Notes under the pieces: generated by a model | Seen by the model: the letters and a program-made list of their open reading frames with translations, nothing else | Databases searched by the model: none | Told to the model about the DNA's origin: nothing | Part shown: one piece after another, positions 17,240-27,378 of the stretch | How positions within the stretch are numbered: the first letter of the stretch is position 1 | How the letters are laid out: each line of letters begins with the position of its first letter | Translations under genes and position numbers: made by a program | DNA from: an uncultured Candidatus Saccharibacteria bacterium | Lineage (GTDB): Bacteria > Patescibacteriota > Minisyncoccia > UBA9983 | DNA length: 56,851 nucleotides | Assembly: GCA_964456855.1 (NCBI GenBank) | Contig: CAYWCU010000003.1 | Coordinates: 1 to 56,851, forward strand | Reading direction: 5' to 3'

Positions 17240-18916
17240 ATGTTTGGAAGGAAAAAAAAATATGAATTGAGCATTTATCCTGACGAGATTTTTATAGATG
17301 CGAAAAATATCCCTGGCTTTGAAAGGGAGCGCTTTGAAGGCACTATAGAAAAACCGATTAGCGGAAAATCTTTTTGGGGGCTGGGAATTTTTTTTGCGGC
17401 GGTAATTCTTATTTTTGCGGTTAAGATTTTTTCTCTCCAGGTTGTTTACGGGGAATCTTTTGCCTTGAGGAGTGAGAACAACAGGTTAAGGAAAGCCTTC
17501 ATTCTTCCGAATAGGGGAATAATATATGACAGAAACGGAAAAAAGTTGGCGTGGAACGGTGTGGACTCAAGATCCTATTCCAAGCTTCCGGGATTGGACA
17601 ATGCTATCGGATATGTCGGTTTTCCTTCCAGGAAAGATGTTCATTCGGAAAAGGAATTGTTTTCAAAAGAAATGGTCGGCAAGGACGGAATTGAAAAAGA
17701 ATACAACAATATTTTAAAGGGCAAGGCGGGCCTTAAGTTAATGGAAACGGATTCAAAGGGAAAACTTGTTTCCGAGAGTATCCAAAGAAATCCGCAGAAT
17801 GGACAGAGCGTAATTCTCTCAATTGATGCCGACGTCCAATCAAAATTTTTTAAAATACTGAAATCGGTCGCCGATGAAAGAGATTTTCTCGGGGGAGCAG
17901 GTTTGCTCATTGATATAAAAAATGGAGAAATACTTTCTATGGTAACTTATCCTGAATATAATTCAGCTGTTTTATCGCAAGGGGGACCAAAAGAAGAAAT
18001 AAAAAAACTGATAAACAACAAAGATAAACCATTTTTAAACAGGGCGATTTCCGGACTCTATTCTCCCGGTTCAATCATTAAGCCATTAATGGCCGTAGCC
18101 GCCTTGAACGAACATGTTATTTCTCCCGAAAAAAAGATATTTAGTTCCGGGAAAATAACCCTTCCCAATCCCTATTTTCCTGACAAGATAAATATTTTCT
18201 GGGATTGGAAAGCGCACGGATGGGTTGATATGCGAAGGGCGTTGGCCGTCTCTTCAAATGTTTATTTTTACGAGATTGGGGGAGGCTTCAAAGACCAGCA
18301 AGGACTGGGAATAACAAGGATTATGGAATATGCCAAAAAATTCGGTCTGGGATTATTGACGGGCATTGACTTAAATGGCGAAAAAAAAGGACTGGTGCCG
18401 AGTCCGGAATGGAAAAAGAACAATGCCAGCGATCCCATATGGAGGATAGGGGACACATACAATACCAGTATCGGACAAGGGTTTTTTCAAGTAACCCCGA
18501 TTCAAATGGCCGTTTATGTATCCGCCGTCGCCAATGGGGGGACGATATTGAGACCCCACCTGCTTCGCTATGCAAATAAACAAAGTCCGCCGATTGGCGC
18601 CAGAAAATTAAACATTCCGGAAAAATATTTTAAAATCCCCAGAGAGGGAATGCGGATGTCCGTTCTTCTGGGAACTTCATCTGGTTTGAATATTTCATCG
18701 GTTAAAATAGGGGCAAAAACAGGAACAGCCCAGGTGGGCATCAGTAAAAAACGCGTTAATTCATGGGTTATGGGCTTCTTTCCTTACGATAAGCCGAGGT
18801 TTGCCTTCGTAGTCGTTATGGAAAAAGGTCCTTCAAAAAATCTTGTCGGAGGACTTTATGTGGCGCGCCAGCTTTTTGATTGGATGAGTGTCAATGCTCC
18901 TGAATACTTGCGTTAA
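17240..18916 (+). CDS. mrdA: Penicillin-binding protein 2
   Basis: RGIIYDRNG, SPGSIIKP (SxxK), SSN, KTGT; in the mre cluster. Confidence 0.93.
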   Translation: MFGRKKKYELSIYPDEIFIDAKNIPGFERERFEGTIEKPISGKSFWGLGIFFAAVILIFAVKIFSLQVVYGESFALRSENNRLRKAFILPNRGIIYDRNGKKLAWNGVDSRSYSKLPGLDNAIGYVGFPSRKDVHSEKELFSKEMVGKDGIEKEYNNILKGKAGLKLMETDSKGKLVSESIQRNPQNGQSVILSIDADVQSKFFKILKSVADERDFLGGAGLLIDIKNGEILSMVTYPEYNSAVLSQGGPKEEIKKLINNKDKPFLNRAISGLYSPGSIIKPLMAVAALNEHVISPEKKIFSSGKITLPNPYFPDKINIFWDWKAHGWVDMRRALAVSSNVYFYEIGGGFKDQQGLGITRIMEYAKKFGLGLLTGIDLNGEKKGLVPSPEWKKNNASDPIWRIGDTYNTSIGQGFFQVTPIQMAVYVSAVANGGTILRPHLLRYANKQSPPIGARKLNIPEKYFKIPREGMRMSVLLGTSSGLNISSVKIGAKTGTAQVGISKKRVNSWVMGFFPYDKPRFAFVVVMEKGPSKNLVGGLYVARQLFDWMSVNAPEYLR

Positions 18917-18991
18917 AAACCGGATTTCCAGAAGTTTGATTGTTGTTTGAACGATTTCGGTTTCAAACGCCGAAGCCAATCCTGAAATTAT

Positions 18992-19020
18992 TTGCAAAAA
19001 TAACACTATTATAATATAAT
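18992..19020 (+). promoter_or_regulatory. sigma70-type promoter of greA
   Basis: TTGCAA-17 nt-TATAAT, 7 nt before ATG 19028. Confidence 0.7.
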
Positions 19021-19027
19021 ATACCCA

Positions 19028-19492
19028 ATGGATAATTCAGAATACTTGAGCAAGGAGCGTCTCAAAGAAATCAAGGAGGAGCTTGAAGACCTAAAGACTA
19101 ACAAACGCAAAGAGGTTGCCGAGCGTCTTGAATACGCTAAGAGTCTTGGGGATCTTTCGGAAAACTCGGAATATGATGAAGCTCAGGACCAGCAGTCTTT
19201 TCTTGAAGAAAGGATATTGCATCTTGAAGATATTATAAGAAGGGCGGTTGTGATAACGGGACATAAAGGAGATAAGATTGGCATCGGTTCATCCGTTAAA
19301 ATTAAAAAGACCGGTTCAGACCAAACAAGAGAATACAAGATTGTGGGACCAGAAGAAGTGGATGTTTCAAACGGAAAAATATCAAATCATTCTCCAATAG
19401 GAATGGCTCTCATTGGCAAAAAAAAAGGTGAAGAAATAGTCGCCACGGGACCGAACGGGGAATTGCATTACAAAATTATTGACATATCCTAG
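19028..19492 (+). CDS. greA: Transcription elongation factor GreA
   Basis: GDLSENSEYDEA, ISNHSPIGMALIG. Confidence 0.97.
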   Translation: MDNSEYLSKERLKEIKEELEDLKTNKRKEVAERLEYAKSLGDLSENSEYDEAQDQQSFLEERILHLEDIIRRAVVITGHKGDKIGIGSSVKIKKTGSDQTREYKIVGPEEVDVSNGKISNHSPIGMALIGKKKGEEIVATGPNGELHYKIIDIS

Positions 19493-19589
19493 TCTGGCAG
19501 CGAGAATTTGAATTTTCCGCTCCGACATCAATAAATTACCAAATTAATTATTGAGATTCATAAAATAATTTGAATTTCCGCCCCCCGGA

Positions 19590-21059
19590 ATGACTTCTTT
19601 TGAAGAAATAAGAAACGAAAAAGTTAAAAAACTCCAACTACTTGAAGAGAAGGGAGTCAATCCTTTTCTGGTTTCAGTCGCGCGAGACTTTGAAATCTCG
19701 GAGGCGCTTCTTCGTTTTTCCGAACTTGAAAAAAAGAATAAAAAAATTCGTTTGGTTGGCAGGATAAAGACCATCCGCGGACACGGGGGCTCGGTTTTCT
19801 TTGACTTTTTTGACGGAAGCGGAAAAATGCAGGGATACATCAAAAAGGACGAAGTAGGGGATGAAAGCCACACACTTTTTTCCGAAACTGTTGATATTGG
19901 AGATTTTCTTGAACTTACGGGTCTCCTTTTTAAAACCAAAAGAAAGGAAAAAACACTCAAAGTGACGAAATGGAGGATGATTGCCAAATCGCTCAGACCT
20001 TTGCCTGACAAATGGCACGGTCTTCAGGACATTGAGGAGAGATACAGGAAGCGTTACCTTGATATTTTAATGAATGAAGATGTTAAAGAGAGGTTTATTC
20101 TGCGTTCCAAGATTATTTCCGAGACAAGGGATTTCCTCAACAGGGAGGGATATCTTGAATTGGAGACGCCCATTCTTCAGCACTTGGCGGGAGGCGCCAT
20201 GGCGGAGCCGTTTAAAACCCATCACAACGCTCTTGATATGGACCTGTACCTCAGGATTGCTCCTGAACTCTATCTTAAAAAAATATTGATTGGCGGTTTT
20301 GAGAAGATCTACGAAATGGGAAGAAACTTTCGGAACGAGGGCATAGACGCCACTCATAATCCGGAGTTTACGATGTTGGAATTATACGCCGCCTACAAAG
20401 ATGCAGCATATCTTCGCGGTTTTACCGAGAAACTTCTTAAATCCATCGCCAAGGGAGCTCTTGGAAAAACCCAGTTTATTTTTGGGGAACACAAAATATC
20501 ATTTGCAAAAAAATTCAAAGTCGTTTCTTATTACGATGTTCTTAAGAGTTATGCGCTCATCGCGGACCCGAAGAACTCTCCGCGAGAGGAGATTGCCTTA
20601 AAGGCGAAGCAGTTTGGTGTTAAGGTTGAAGATTTTGAAACGAAGGCGAAAATACTGGACAATATTTACAAAAAAATGTGTCGGTCAAAGTTAATCCAAC
20701 CCACTTTTATTATTGATTATCCTGTTGGCGCTTCGCCATTGGCGAAAAGGAAAGACAGCAACCCAGATTTTATTGACAGGTTCCAGTTGGTTGTGGGTGG
20801 GATAGAAATCGTAAACGCCTTTTCCGAATTGAATGACCCTGTTGACCAGCGGGAAAGGTTTGCCGCGCAAGACAAGGCGAAAGAAGCCGGAGAAAAAGAT
20901 GTTTCTCCTAGCGACGAGGACTATTTGGAGGCGATGGAGTATGGAATGCCTCCGGCGGCCGGTTTGGGAATCGGTATGGACAGATTGGTAATGCTCCTTA
21001 CGAACACCCACAATATTAAAGAGGTTATCCTATTTCCGACAATGAAGCCAAAAAACTAG
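19590..21059 (+). CDS. lysS: Lysyl-tRNA synthetase (class II)
   Basis: RYRKRYLD, LRIAPELYLK, FRNEGID, HNPEFTMLE, GMPPAAGLGIGMDRL. Confidence 0.98.
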   Translation: MTSFEEIRNEKVKKLQLLEEKGVNPFLVSVARDFEISEALLRFSELEKKNKKIRLVGRIKTIRGHGGSVFFDFFDGSGKMQGYIKKDEVGDESHTLFSETVDIGDFLELTGLLFKTKRKEKTLKVTKWRMIAKSLRPLPDKWHGLQDIEERYRKRYLDILMNEDVKERFILRSKIISETRDFLNREGYLELETPILQHLAGGAMAEPFKTHHNALDMDLYLRIAPELYLKKILIGGFEKIYEMGRNFRNEGIDATHNPEFTMLELYAAYKDAAYLRGFTEKLLKSIAKGALGKTQFIFGEHKISFAKKFKVVSYYDVLKSYALIADPKNSPREEIALKAKQFGVKVEDFETKAKILDNIYKKMCRSKLIQPTFIIDYPVGASPLAKRKDSNPDFIDRFQLVVGGIEIVNAFSELNDPVDQRERFAAQDKAKEAGEKDVSPSDEDYLEAMEYGMPPAAGLGIGMDRLVMLLTNTHNIKEVILFPTMKPKN

Positions 21060-21134
21060 AACCCGAAACCCTCAGCACCTTAAATGTTTTAGGCACAGAC
21101 AAAATGTGGGAGTTATAATGACCCCCACATAAAA

Positions 21135-21226
21135 GGGAAAAGGAAACCCGTAAAATACGCCCAGGGGTTGGTGCATATTCAAAAGACTGCCAAGCCCCAA
21201 AGGGCCAAGGGTCCAAATCCTTTCCC
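21135..21226 (+). ncRNA. Candidate structured RNA (92-nt imperfect rod), family unknown
   Basis: GGGAAAAGGA/TCCTTTCCC, ACCC/GGGT, GCCC/GGGC, GGGG/CCCC and TTGG/CCAA nested pairings; TATAAT at 21114-21119 upstream, terminator downstream. Confidence 0.45.
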
Positions 21227-21268
21227 AAACCCCCTACACTAATCCGGATAGTGTAGGGGGTTTTTTTA
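21227..21268 (+). terminator. Strong intrinsic terminator
   Basis: AAACCCCCTACACT/AGTGTAGGGGGTTT 14-bp stem plus T-run. Confidence 0.9.
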
Positions 21269-21328
21269 TATTCAATATTTTCTCAACGGCTTGATTCCTT
21301 GTTTTTTAAGCGATTGTCTTTATTTTTG

Positions 21329-21421
21329 TTATCCACACATTGATTTTGGGAATGGGAGAAAGTGGTGTATAATGTAAGCAAGGTGGGAAGAAGTGGATAA
21401 AGGTGTGGATAGTGTGGATAA
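21329..21421 (+). promoter_or_regulatory. mraZ promoter region with MraZ-type boxes and DnaA-box sequences
   Basis: TATAAT 21368-21373; ~10-nt periodic ATGGG/GTGGT/GTGGG/GTGGA at 21352, 21362, 21383, 21393; TTATCCACA 21329-21337 and TGTGGATAA 21413-21421. Confidence 0.75.
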
Positions 21422-21502
21422 CTTTTACTAATTGCGAATCAATTAGTAAAAGTTATCCATCCGCCTCGGGCGGATATTCTTAAGAAAACAAATAAAACAA
21501 TT

Positions 21503-21937
21503 ATGTTAATAGGAGAATACAAACATTCGGTTGACGCAAAGAAAAGAACGGCTATTCCGGCTAAATTTCGGAAAGAGATAGGGAAGAAAGCCGTCATCAC
21601 GAGAGGACTGGACAAATGCTTGTTTGTGTATCCGATGAAAGAATGGGAGAAAGTGGCGGAGAAACTGAGCGAACTTCCGACAGGACAGGCCGACACGAGA
21701 AATTTCGTCAGAAATATGTTTTCCGGCGCGGTTGATGTTGACATAGACGCGTTGGGCAGGATTTTGATTCCGGACTATCTGAAAGAATATGCCAATCTGG
21801 GAGACAAAGCTGTAATCGTGGGAGTTTACAAGCGTCTTGAAATCTGGAATGAAGAGAACTGGGAGATTTACAAGAAACGCGTTGAGGAGCAGACGGACGA
21901 GTTGGCGGAAAAGTTGGGAGAGATAGGGGTTTATTAA
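21503..21937 (+). CDS. mraZ: Transcriptional regulator MraZ
   Basis: GEYKHSVDAKKRTAIPAKFR, DALGRILIP. Confidence 0.97.
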   Translation: MLIGEYKHSVDAKKRTAIPAKFRKEIGKKAVITRGLDKCLFVYPMKEWEKVAEKLSELPTGQADTRNFVRNMFSGAVDVDIDALGRILIPDYLKEYANLGDKAVIVGVYKRLEIWNEENWEIYKKRVEEQTDELAEKLGEIGVY

Positions 21938-21940
21938 AAA

Positions 21941-22852
21941 ATGACACATATTCCCGTTTTATTAAAAGAAGTGATGGACTATTTGGACCCGAAACCGGGG
22001 GATGTGATATTGGATGCGACATTGAACGGAGGAGGGCATGCCGAGGAGATATTGAAAGCGATAGGCAAGAAGGGGAGGTTGATTGGAATAGAGCAAGATA
22101 TTGAGGTGTTGGAAAAATTGAAATCAAGAATAAGAGGGAATGAATTATGGGACAGGGCGACACTGATAAACGGAAATTTCAGAAATTTGGACGAGTTGTT
22201 GGCTCTTTGCGAAATAAAAAATCTGGACGGAGCCTTGTTTGATTTCGGGTTAAGTTCTCTTCAGTTGGAAGAATCGGACAGGGGATTCTCCTTTCAAAGA
22301 AACGCCCCATTGCTGATGACATTCAAGAGCGCGCCCGGACCGGATGATTTGACCGCCGCGGATATTGTCAATGATTGGGGCGAGAAAGATATAGCGAATG
22401 TGCTTTACGGATACGGAGGAGAAAGGCACAGCAGGAGAATCGCGAAGGGTATCGCCGAAGCGAGAGAAAAAAAACGGATTGAAACGACATTTGATTTGGC
22501 GGAGATTATAAGGAGAAGCGTTCCGGCCGTGTACAGAAGGGGAAGAATAGATTGTTGCACGAGAACCTTTCAGGCGTTGAGAATAGCCGTGAATGACGAA
22601 CTCAATGTCATTGAAGAGGGAATCAAAAAGGCGTGGGAGATGTTATCCGACGGTTCCAGAATTGTGACAATATCCTTCCATTCGCTGGAGGACAGGATAG
22701 TCAAGATTTTCTTCAAGGAAGAGGCAAAAAAGGGAAAAGGGGAAATTTTAACCAAGAGACCCGTTGTTCCATCAGATGAAGAGCTGTTCTTTAATCCAAG
22801 ATCCCGAAGCGCCAAATTACGGGCGATGGAAAAAAGTCTTCAGTCTGAATAA
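21941..22852 (+). CDS. rsmH: 16S rRNA m4C1402 methyltransferase
   Basis: HIPVLLKE, DATLNGGGHA, RTFQALRIAVN, SFHSLEDRIVK, NPRSRSAKLR. Confidence 0.97.
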   Translation: MTHIPVLLKEVMDYLDPKPGDVILDATLNGGGHAEEILKAIGKKGRLIGIEQDIEVLEKLKSRIRGNELWDRATLINGNFRNLDELLALCEIKNLDGALFDFGLSSLQLEESDRGFSFQRNAPLLMTFKSAPGPDDLTAADIVNDWGEKDIANVLYGYGGERHSRRIAKGIAEAREKKRIETTFDLAEIIRRSVPAVYRRGRIDCCTRTFQALRIAVNDELNVIEEGIKKAWEMLSDGSRIVTISFHSLEDRIVKIFFKEEAKKGKGEILTKRPVVPSDEELFFNPRSRSAKLRAMEKSLQSE

Positions 22853-22879
22853 CGAGAAAAAGAAATTTTATAAAAAAAT

Positions 22880-23173
22880 ATGACAAGCGCAAGTAAAACA
22901 ATAAGAGCGAGAATATTCATCGTTCTTTTGGGTGGGGTTTTAACAATGGCCGGTTTTTATCTTTATTTTGTTCAGGCGACAGTCTCGGACATAGTGGCGG
23001 GGGAGCAAAACCTGCGTCAAATAAAAGAATTATCCTTTGAACGCGAAAGTTTGGAGGAAAATTACTTTAAGCTGTCAGACGGGCTTAATTTTGAGAGCGC
23101 CAGCCTTCTTGGATTCGTCAGCCAAAAACAGGGCGATATTATTGCCAGACAAACTTCTTTCGCGAAACGTTAA
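22880..23173 (+). CDS. ftsL: FtsL-like cell division protein
   Basis: Single TM plus short coiled coil, between rsmH and ftsI; assignment is by position. Confidence 0.6.
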   Translation: MTSASKTIRARIFIVLLGGVLTMAGFYLYFVQATVSDIVAGEQNLRQIKELSFERESLEENYFKLSDGLNFESASLLGFVSQKQGDIIARQTSFAKR

Positions 23174-23174
23174 T

Positions 23175-24914
23175 ATGAGAAATGATTTTATTTTTCGCGT
23201 TAGGGTTATTTACTTTGTGTTTATATTTTTTGCCGCTCTCATTGCCGGCAGACTTTTTTTAGTGCAAGTTGTCCATGGAAACTATTATAAGCAAAAAGCG
23301 AGCGACCAATACATCGCCCCTTCGGCTGATTATTTTGACAGAGGGACCATATATTTTAAAAAAAACGATGGTCAGCTTATTTCCGCGGCCACTGTTAAAA
23401 AAGGATACCTTTTGGCAATCAGCCCTAAAAACATCAAAAGCCCCGAATCGGATTATGAAAAGATAAAAAAAATATTGGCCCCCTCGGGCGAATCAAGCGT
23501 GGAAGATTTTTCCAGTCGCGATGTTTTTTTAAGGCGTGCCGGAAAAACCGGAGATCCCTACGAGGAAGTTGCCCATAAATTATCCAAAAAACAGGCGGAA
23601 GCGATAAGGGCTCTCAAGTTGAAGGGTGTCAATGTCTATTCTGAATCTTGGCGTTTTTATCCCGCAAAAATGTTGGCATCGCGCGAATTGGGTTTTGTCG
23701 GATATAGTGGCAATAAACTGACCGGGCGTTACGGTTTGGAAAAATATTACAACGATGTTTTGGGCAGGAATAATCCCGATGAAAATTCTGTGAATTCTTT
23801 TGCGGAAATTTTTATGGGTCTTAAGAAAATAATAAGCAATGACTCCAAAGAAGGAGATATAGCCATTACGATTGAACCGATGGTTCAATCCATTTTGGAA
23901 ATAAACCTGGAAAAAGTTCTAAAGAAATACAAGGCTGTTCTGGCGGGGGGGATTGTCATAGAGCCGGCAACGGGAAAAATATTGGCAATGTCGGCAAAAC
24001 CGAATTTTAATCCCAACAGATATGGGGAAGCGGGAAATCTTTCTTTGTTTCTCAATCCCGGCGTCCAAAGCGTTTTTGAAATGGGTTCTATTATGAAACC
24101 CCTTACCTTGTCAGCGGCCATGGATGAGGGGGCTATATCTCCGACGACCGTTTATAATGATAAAGGATATGTGATATTGAATGGAAGAAGAATAGAGAAT
24201 TACGACGGCAGAGGGAGGGGGAGAGTGGATATGCAGCAGGTTTTAGATCAATCGCTTAATACCGGAGCAATTTTTGCGATGGAACAACTGGGGAAAAAAG
24301 AATTTAAAAAATATTTGATAAATTACGGATTTGGAGAAAAAACCGGCATTGATCTCCCCGATGAAGTTCCGGGAATGATTTCCAATTTAAACAGCGGGCG
24401 GGAAGTGGAATATGCCACCGCCTCTTTCGGGCAGGGAATCGCCATAACGCCGATTGAGATGATTACGGCCATTTCCGCGCTCGCTAACGGAGGATTGCTG
24501 ATGAAACCTTATGTGGTTGAAGAAATTAAAAGTGAGGGAGGTCTTGATAAGAAGATTGAGCCAAAAATAAGGAGGAGAGTTTTGAAAAAAGAAACTTCGG
24601 AAAAAATAAGCAGAATGCTCGTAAAGGTTGTGGATGACGCCCTTCTCGGCGGAACGGTAAAACTGAAAAATTATACAATTGCCGCCAAGACCGGCACCGC
24701 CCAGTTGCACAAAGAAGGTGGCAGAGGATATTACAAAAATGAATATGTGCATACATTTTTCGGTTATGCTCCGGCTTTCGGCTCTAAATTCGCCGTTCTT
24801 CTGTATCTGGTTAAGCCGCAGGGGGTTAGATACGCCTCCCATTCATTGACCGAACCGTTTATGAATATCGCCAAATTTATGATAAACTATTATAAAATAA
24901 GACCTGATAGGTAG
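23175..24914 (+). CDS. ftsI: Division-type penicillin-binding protein (FtsI/PBP3-like)
   Basis: RGTIYF, EMGSIMKP (SxxK), SLN, KTGTAQ; dcw position. Start 23175 preferred over the track's 23037. Confidence 0.9.
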   Translation: MRNDFIFRVRVIYFVFIFFAALIAGRLFLVQVVHGNYYKQKASDQYIAPSADYFDRGTIYFKKNDGQLISAATVKKGYLLAISPKNIKSPESDYEKIKKILAPSGESSVEDFSSRDVFLRRAGKTGDPYEEVAHKLSKKQAEAIRALKLKGVNVYSESWRFYPAKMLASRELGFVGYSGNKLTGRYGLEKYYNDVLGRNNPDENSVNSFAEIFMGLKKIISNDSKEGDIAITIEPMVQSILEINLEKVLKKYKAVLAGGIVIEPATGKILAMSAKPNFNPNRYGEAGNLSLFLNPGVQSVFEMGSIMKPLTLSAAMDEGAISPTTVYNDKGYVILNGRRIENYDGRGRGRVDMQQVLDQSLNTGAIFAMEQLGKKEFKKYLINYGFGEKTGIDLPDEVPGMISNLNSGREVEYATASFGQGIAITPIEMITAISALANGGLLMKPYVVEEIKSEGGLDKKIEPKIRRRVLKKETSEKISRMLVKVVDDALLGGTVKLKNYTIAAKTGTAQLHKEGGRGYYKNEYVHTFFGYAPAFGSKFAVLLYLVKPQGVRYASHSLTEPFMNIAKFMINYYKIRPDR

Positions 24915-24945
24915 AATTCTGAAAAAATCAAAATAATAAAAAACT

Positions 24946-26274
24946 ATGATTAAAAATATCATCAAAAAAATCGTAATCTTTACTCTCTATCTGGAGGCGA
25001 AACTCATTCTCAAGAAATACAAACCGAAAATAGTTGCCATAACGGGCACAGCTGGCAAGACATTAACGAAAGACGCTGTTTATACCGTCCTTCGCAGGGA
25101 GTTTTTAGCGCGCAAGAGCCCAAAGAGTTATAACAGTGAAATTGGAGTTCCCCTTACGGTGATAGGAGCCAAAAGCGCTTGGGGTAATCTTTTCTTGTGG
25201 ATATTGATATTGTTCAAAGGATTGCGATTGCTCGTGGTTAGGCATGATTATCCGGAATTACTTGTTCTTGAAACGGGCGTTGACAGACCTGGTGATATGG
25301 ACAAATTGTTGTCTTGGATAAAACCGAATGTTGCCATCATTACGCGCCTCGGGGATATTCCCGTTCATGTGGAGTATTTTAGCGGTATTGATGAATTGGC
25401 GAAAGAAAAAGCGAAACTTATCAAAGTTCTCAGGCAGGAGGATTATGCCATTTTGAACGGCGATGACGAGGCGGTTTTGGGAATGCAAAATAAAACAAAA
25501 GCCAATATCATAACCTATGGTTTCGCGTGCGAAGAAGGGGGAAAAGGGAAAGGAGAGAAAATTGATTTGATGGCGTCCAATTATCACATTGTTTACAGAA
25601 AGGAAGGCGAAAGGGAAATACCGGAAGGTATCACTTTCAAGGTTGACTACAACGGGAAGATAGTGCCCATTCGCCTCTATGATGTTTTTGGAGAGCAAGC
25701 GGTTTACACTGTTCTGGCCGCATTGGCGGCGGGGAGTGTTCTGGGGCTGAACATGATTGAGATGGCGGAGTTGCTCTCAGTTTACAAATCCCCCCCTGGA
25801 AGACTTAAGCTTCTTGAGGGGATTAAACACACTTTTATTATTGATGACAGTTATAATTCTTCCCCCGTGGCACTGGAAATGGCAATCAAGGTTTTGAAGG
25901 AAATCCCGGCAAAGAGAAAAGTCGCCGTTCTGGGTGATATGCTGGAGCTCGGGAAATACACCATTGACGAGCATAAAAAGGCGGGGAGAATGGTAAAAGA
26001 CGCGGCTGATATTCTCTTTACTGTCGGACCGCGGTCAAAATTCACCGCCGATGAGGCGAGAGCCCTCGGATTTGACAAGGAAAATATTTTTGAGTTTTCC
26101 ACATCCGATGAAGCGAAAATCGTTTTGCAGGATGTAATCAAAGAAGGGGATTTGATTCTCATCAAAGGCTCCCAGTCAATGAGAATGGAAAAAATCGTTG
26201 AAGAAATAATGGCGCACCCAGAACTCAAAGAAGAACTCCTTGTCAGACAGGAGAAAGAATGGAAAAAAAGATAA
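24946..26274 (+). CDS. murF: UDP-N-acetylmuramoyl-tripeptide--D-Ala-D-Ala ligase
   Basis: AITGTAGKT, YNSEIGVPLT, IDDSYNSSP, LGDMLELG, KGSQSMRME. Confidence 0.93.
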   Translation: MIKNIIKKIVIFTLYLEAKLILKKYKPKIVAITGTAGKTLTKDAVYTVLRREFLARKSPKSYNSEIGVPLTVIGAKSAWGNLFLWILILFKGLRLLVVRHDYPELLVLETGVDRPGDMDKLLSWIKPNVAIITRLGDIPVHVEYFSGIDELAKEKAKLIKVLRQEDYAILNGDDEAVLGMQNKTKANIITYGFACEEGGKGKGEKIDLMASNYHIVYRKEGEREIPEGITFKVDYNGKIVPIRLYDVFGEQAVYTVLAALAAGSVLGLNMIEMAELLSVYKSPPGRLKLLEGIKHTFIIDDSYNSSPVALEMAIKVLKEIPAKRKVAVLGDMLELGKYTIDEHKKAGRMVKDAADILFTVGPRSKFTADEARALGFDKENIFEFSTSDEAKIVLQDVIKEGDLILIKGSQSMRMEKIVEEIMAHPELKEELLVRQEKEWKKR

Positions 26275-26301
26275 GGTTTTTGCTTTATACAAAATAAAAC
26301 C

Positions 26302-27264
26302 ATGAAAATAACGACAATTGGCGGAGGCAGTGGACAGTTTAATTTGCTGTCTGCTTTGCGGGACATTAAGGGAATTAAAATTCGCTCCGTGGTGTCCATG
26401 GTTGATTCCGGCGGAAGCACCGGGCGACTTCGCGACGAACTGGGGATTTTGCCTCCGGGCGATGTTCTGAAATGCCTTTTGGCGTTGAGTCCGGACAGAG
26501 AAGCGGCGCGAAATCTTTTGCAGGCGAGATTCAAGAAAAATGAAAAATTGAAAGGGCATAACGCGGGTAATATGCTACTGACGATGCTGTCGCAATACAC
26601 GGGCAATTTTTACGAAGGCATTGAAGCATTGAGCGAGATTTTGAACGTGAAAGGGGAGGTGATGCCGATTACCATTGATAAGGCGACGCTTGTCGCCGAA
26701 CTCACGGATGGGAGTTTTTTGTTCGGAGAGTCCGCCATTGATATTCCGAGAGGAAACCAAAGAGAAAAAATCAAGCGCGCCTTTTTGGTGCCCCACCATA
26801 AGGACTGCGTTAAAATTTATCCCCCAGCCGTAAAGGCAATCAAAAACGCCGACATTATCATAGTCGGGCCCGGGGATCTATACACGAGCATAGCCCCCAA
26901 TTTTTTGGTTCCCGGCGCGAGAGAGGCCATTAGAGAATCAAGAGCGAAAATTATATATATTGTGAATATAATGACCAAATTCGGGGAAACGCACAACTAT
27001 AAAGGCGAGGATTTCATTTTAAACACCGAAAAGATAATGGGAAGGAAAATAGATGTTGTTTTGGCGAATGACAAAAAGCCGGATGCGAAAATCTTAAAAG
27101 AATACAAGAAACAAAAAGCCGATTTTGTATCAATCAAACGGAGAAATCCTTGGGGAGGAAGAAAAATAGACGCGCGCGACCTCATTGACACTGCCGGCGG
27201 TATCATCCGCCACAGCCCCGAAAAACTGAGGCGGGCGATTGAGGAGATTATCGGCACATTTTGA
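26302..27264 (+). CDS. YvcK/GlmR (UPF0052) family protein
   Basis: IGGGSG, DSGGSTGRLR, PPGD, GHNAGN, VGPGDLYTSI. Confidence 0.92.
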   Translation: MKITTIGGGSGQFNLLSALRDIKGIKIRSVVSMVDSGGSTGRLRDELGILPPGDVLKCLLALSPDREAARNLLQARFKKNEKLKGHNAGNMLLTMLSQYTGNFYEGIEALSEILNVKGEVMPITIDKATLVAELTDGSFLFGESAIDIPRGNQREKIKRAFLVPHHKDCVKIYPPAVKAIKNADIIIVGPGDLYTSIAPNFLVPGAREAIRESRAKIIYIVNIMTKFGETHNYKGEDFILNTEKIMGRKIDVVLANDKKPDAKILKEYKKQKADFVSIKRRNPWGGRKIDARDLIDTAGGIIRHSPEKLRRAIEEIIGTF

Positions 27265-27378
27265 ATGTAGCGCAAAGTAAATCGTGGATAAATAAACCAA
27301 GAAAATACGGCTTCACAAAAGGATTTTTTACAAATTTAATTAAGTTTGGGTGCGAAAAAGAAATAAATTTTGAGAATT

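Noticed and set aside
21075-21097. GCACCT...AGGCAC as another copy of the cysS REP
   Set aside because: Only short partial matches, and the arms are not complementary.
21135-21226. SRP RNA, RNase P RNA or tmRNA identity
   Set aside because: No GNRA-capped helix 8 with AGCAG, no GAGGAAAGUCC, no tRNA-like ends; too short for the latter two.
21025-21228. 67-aa minus ORF over the lysS downstream rod
   Set aside because: No SD, leaderless signature or protein-like composition; the terminator polarity is plus-strand.
23037-23174. N-terminal extension of ftsI given by the ORF track (similar extensions at 15306, 32326, 41780, 45866, 49918 and 53473)
   Set aside because: These extensions overlap upstream genes, promoters or remnants; downstream ATGs fit the family N-termini and -10/SD spacing.
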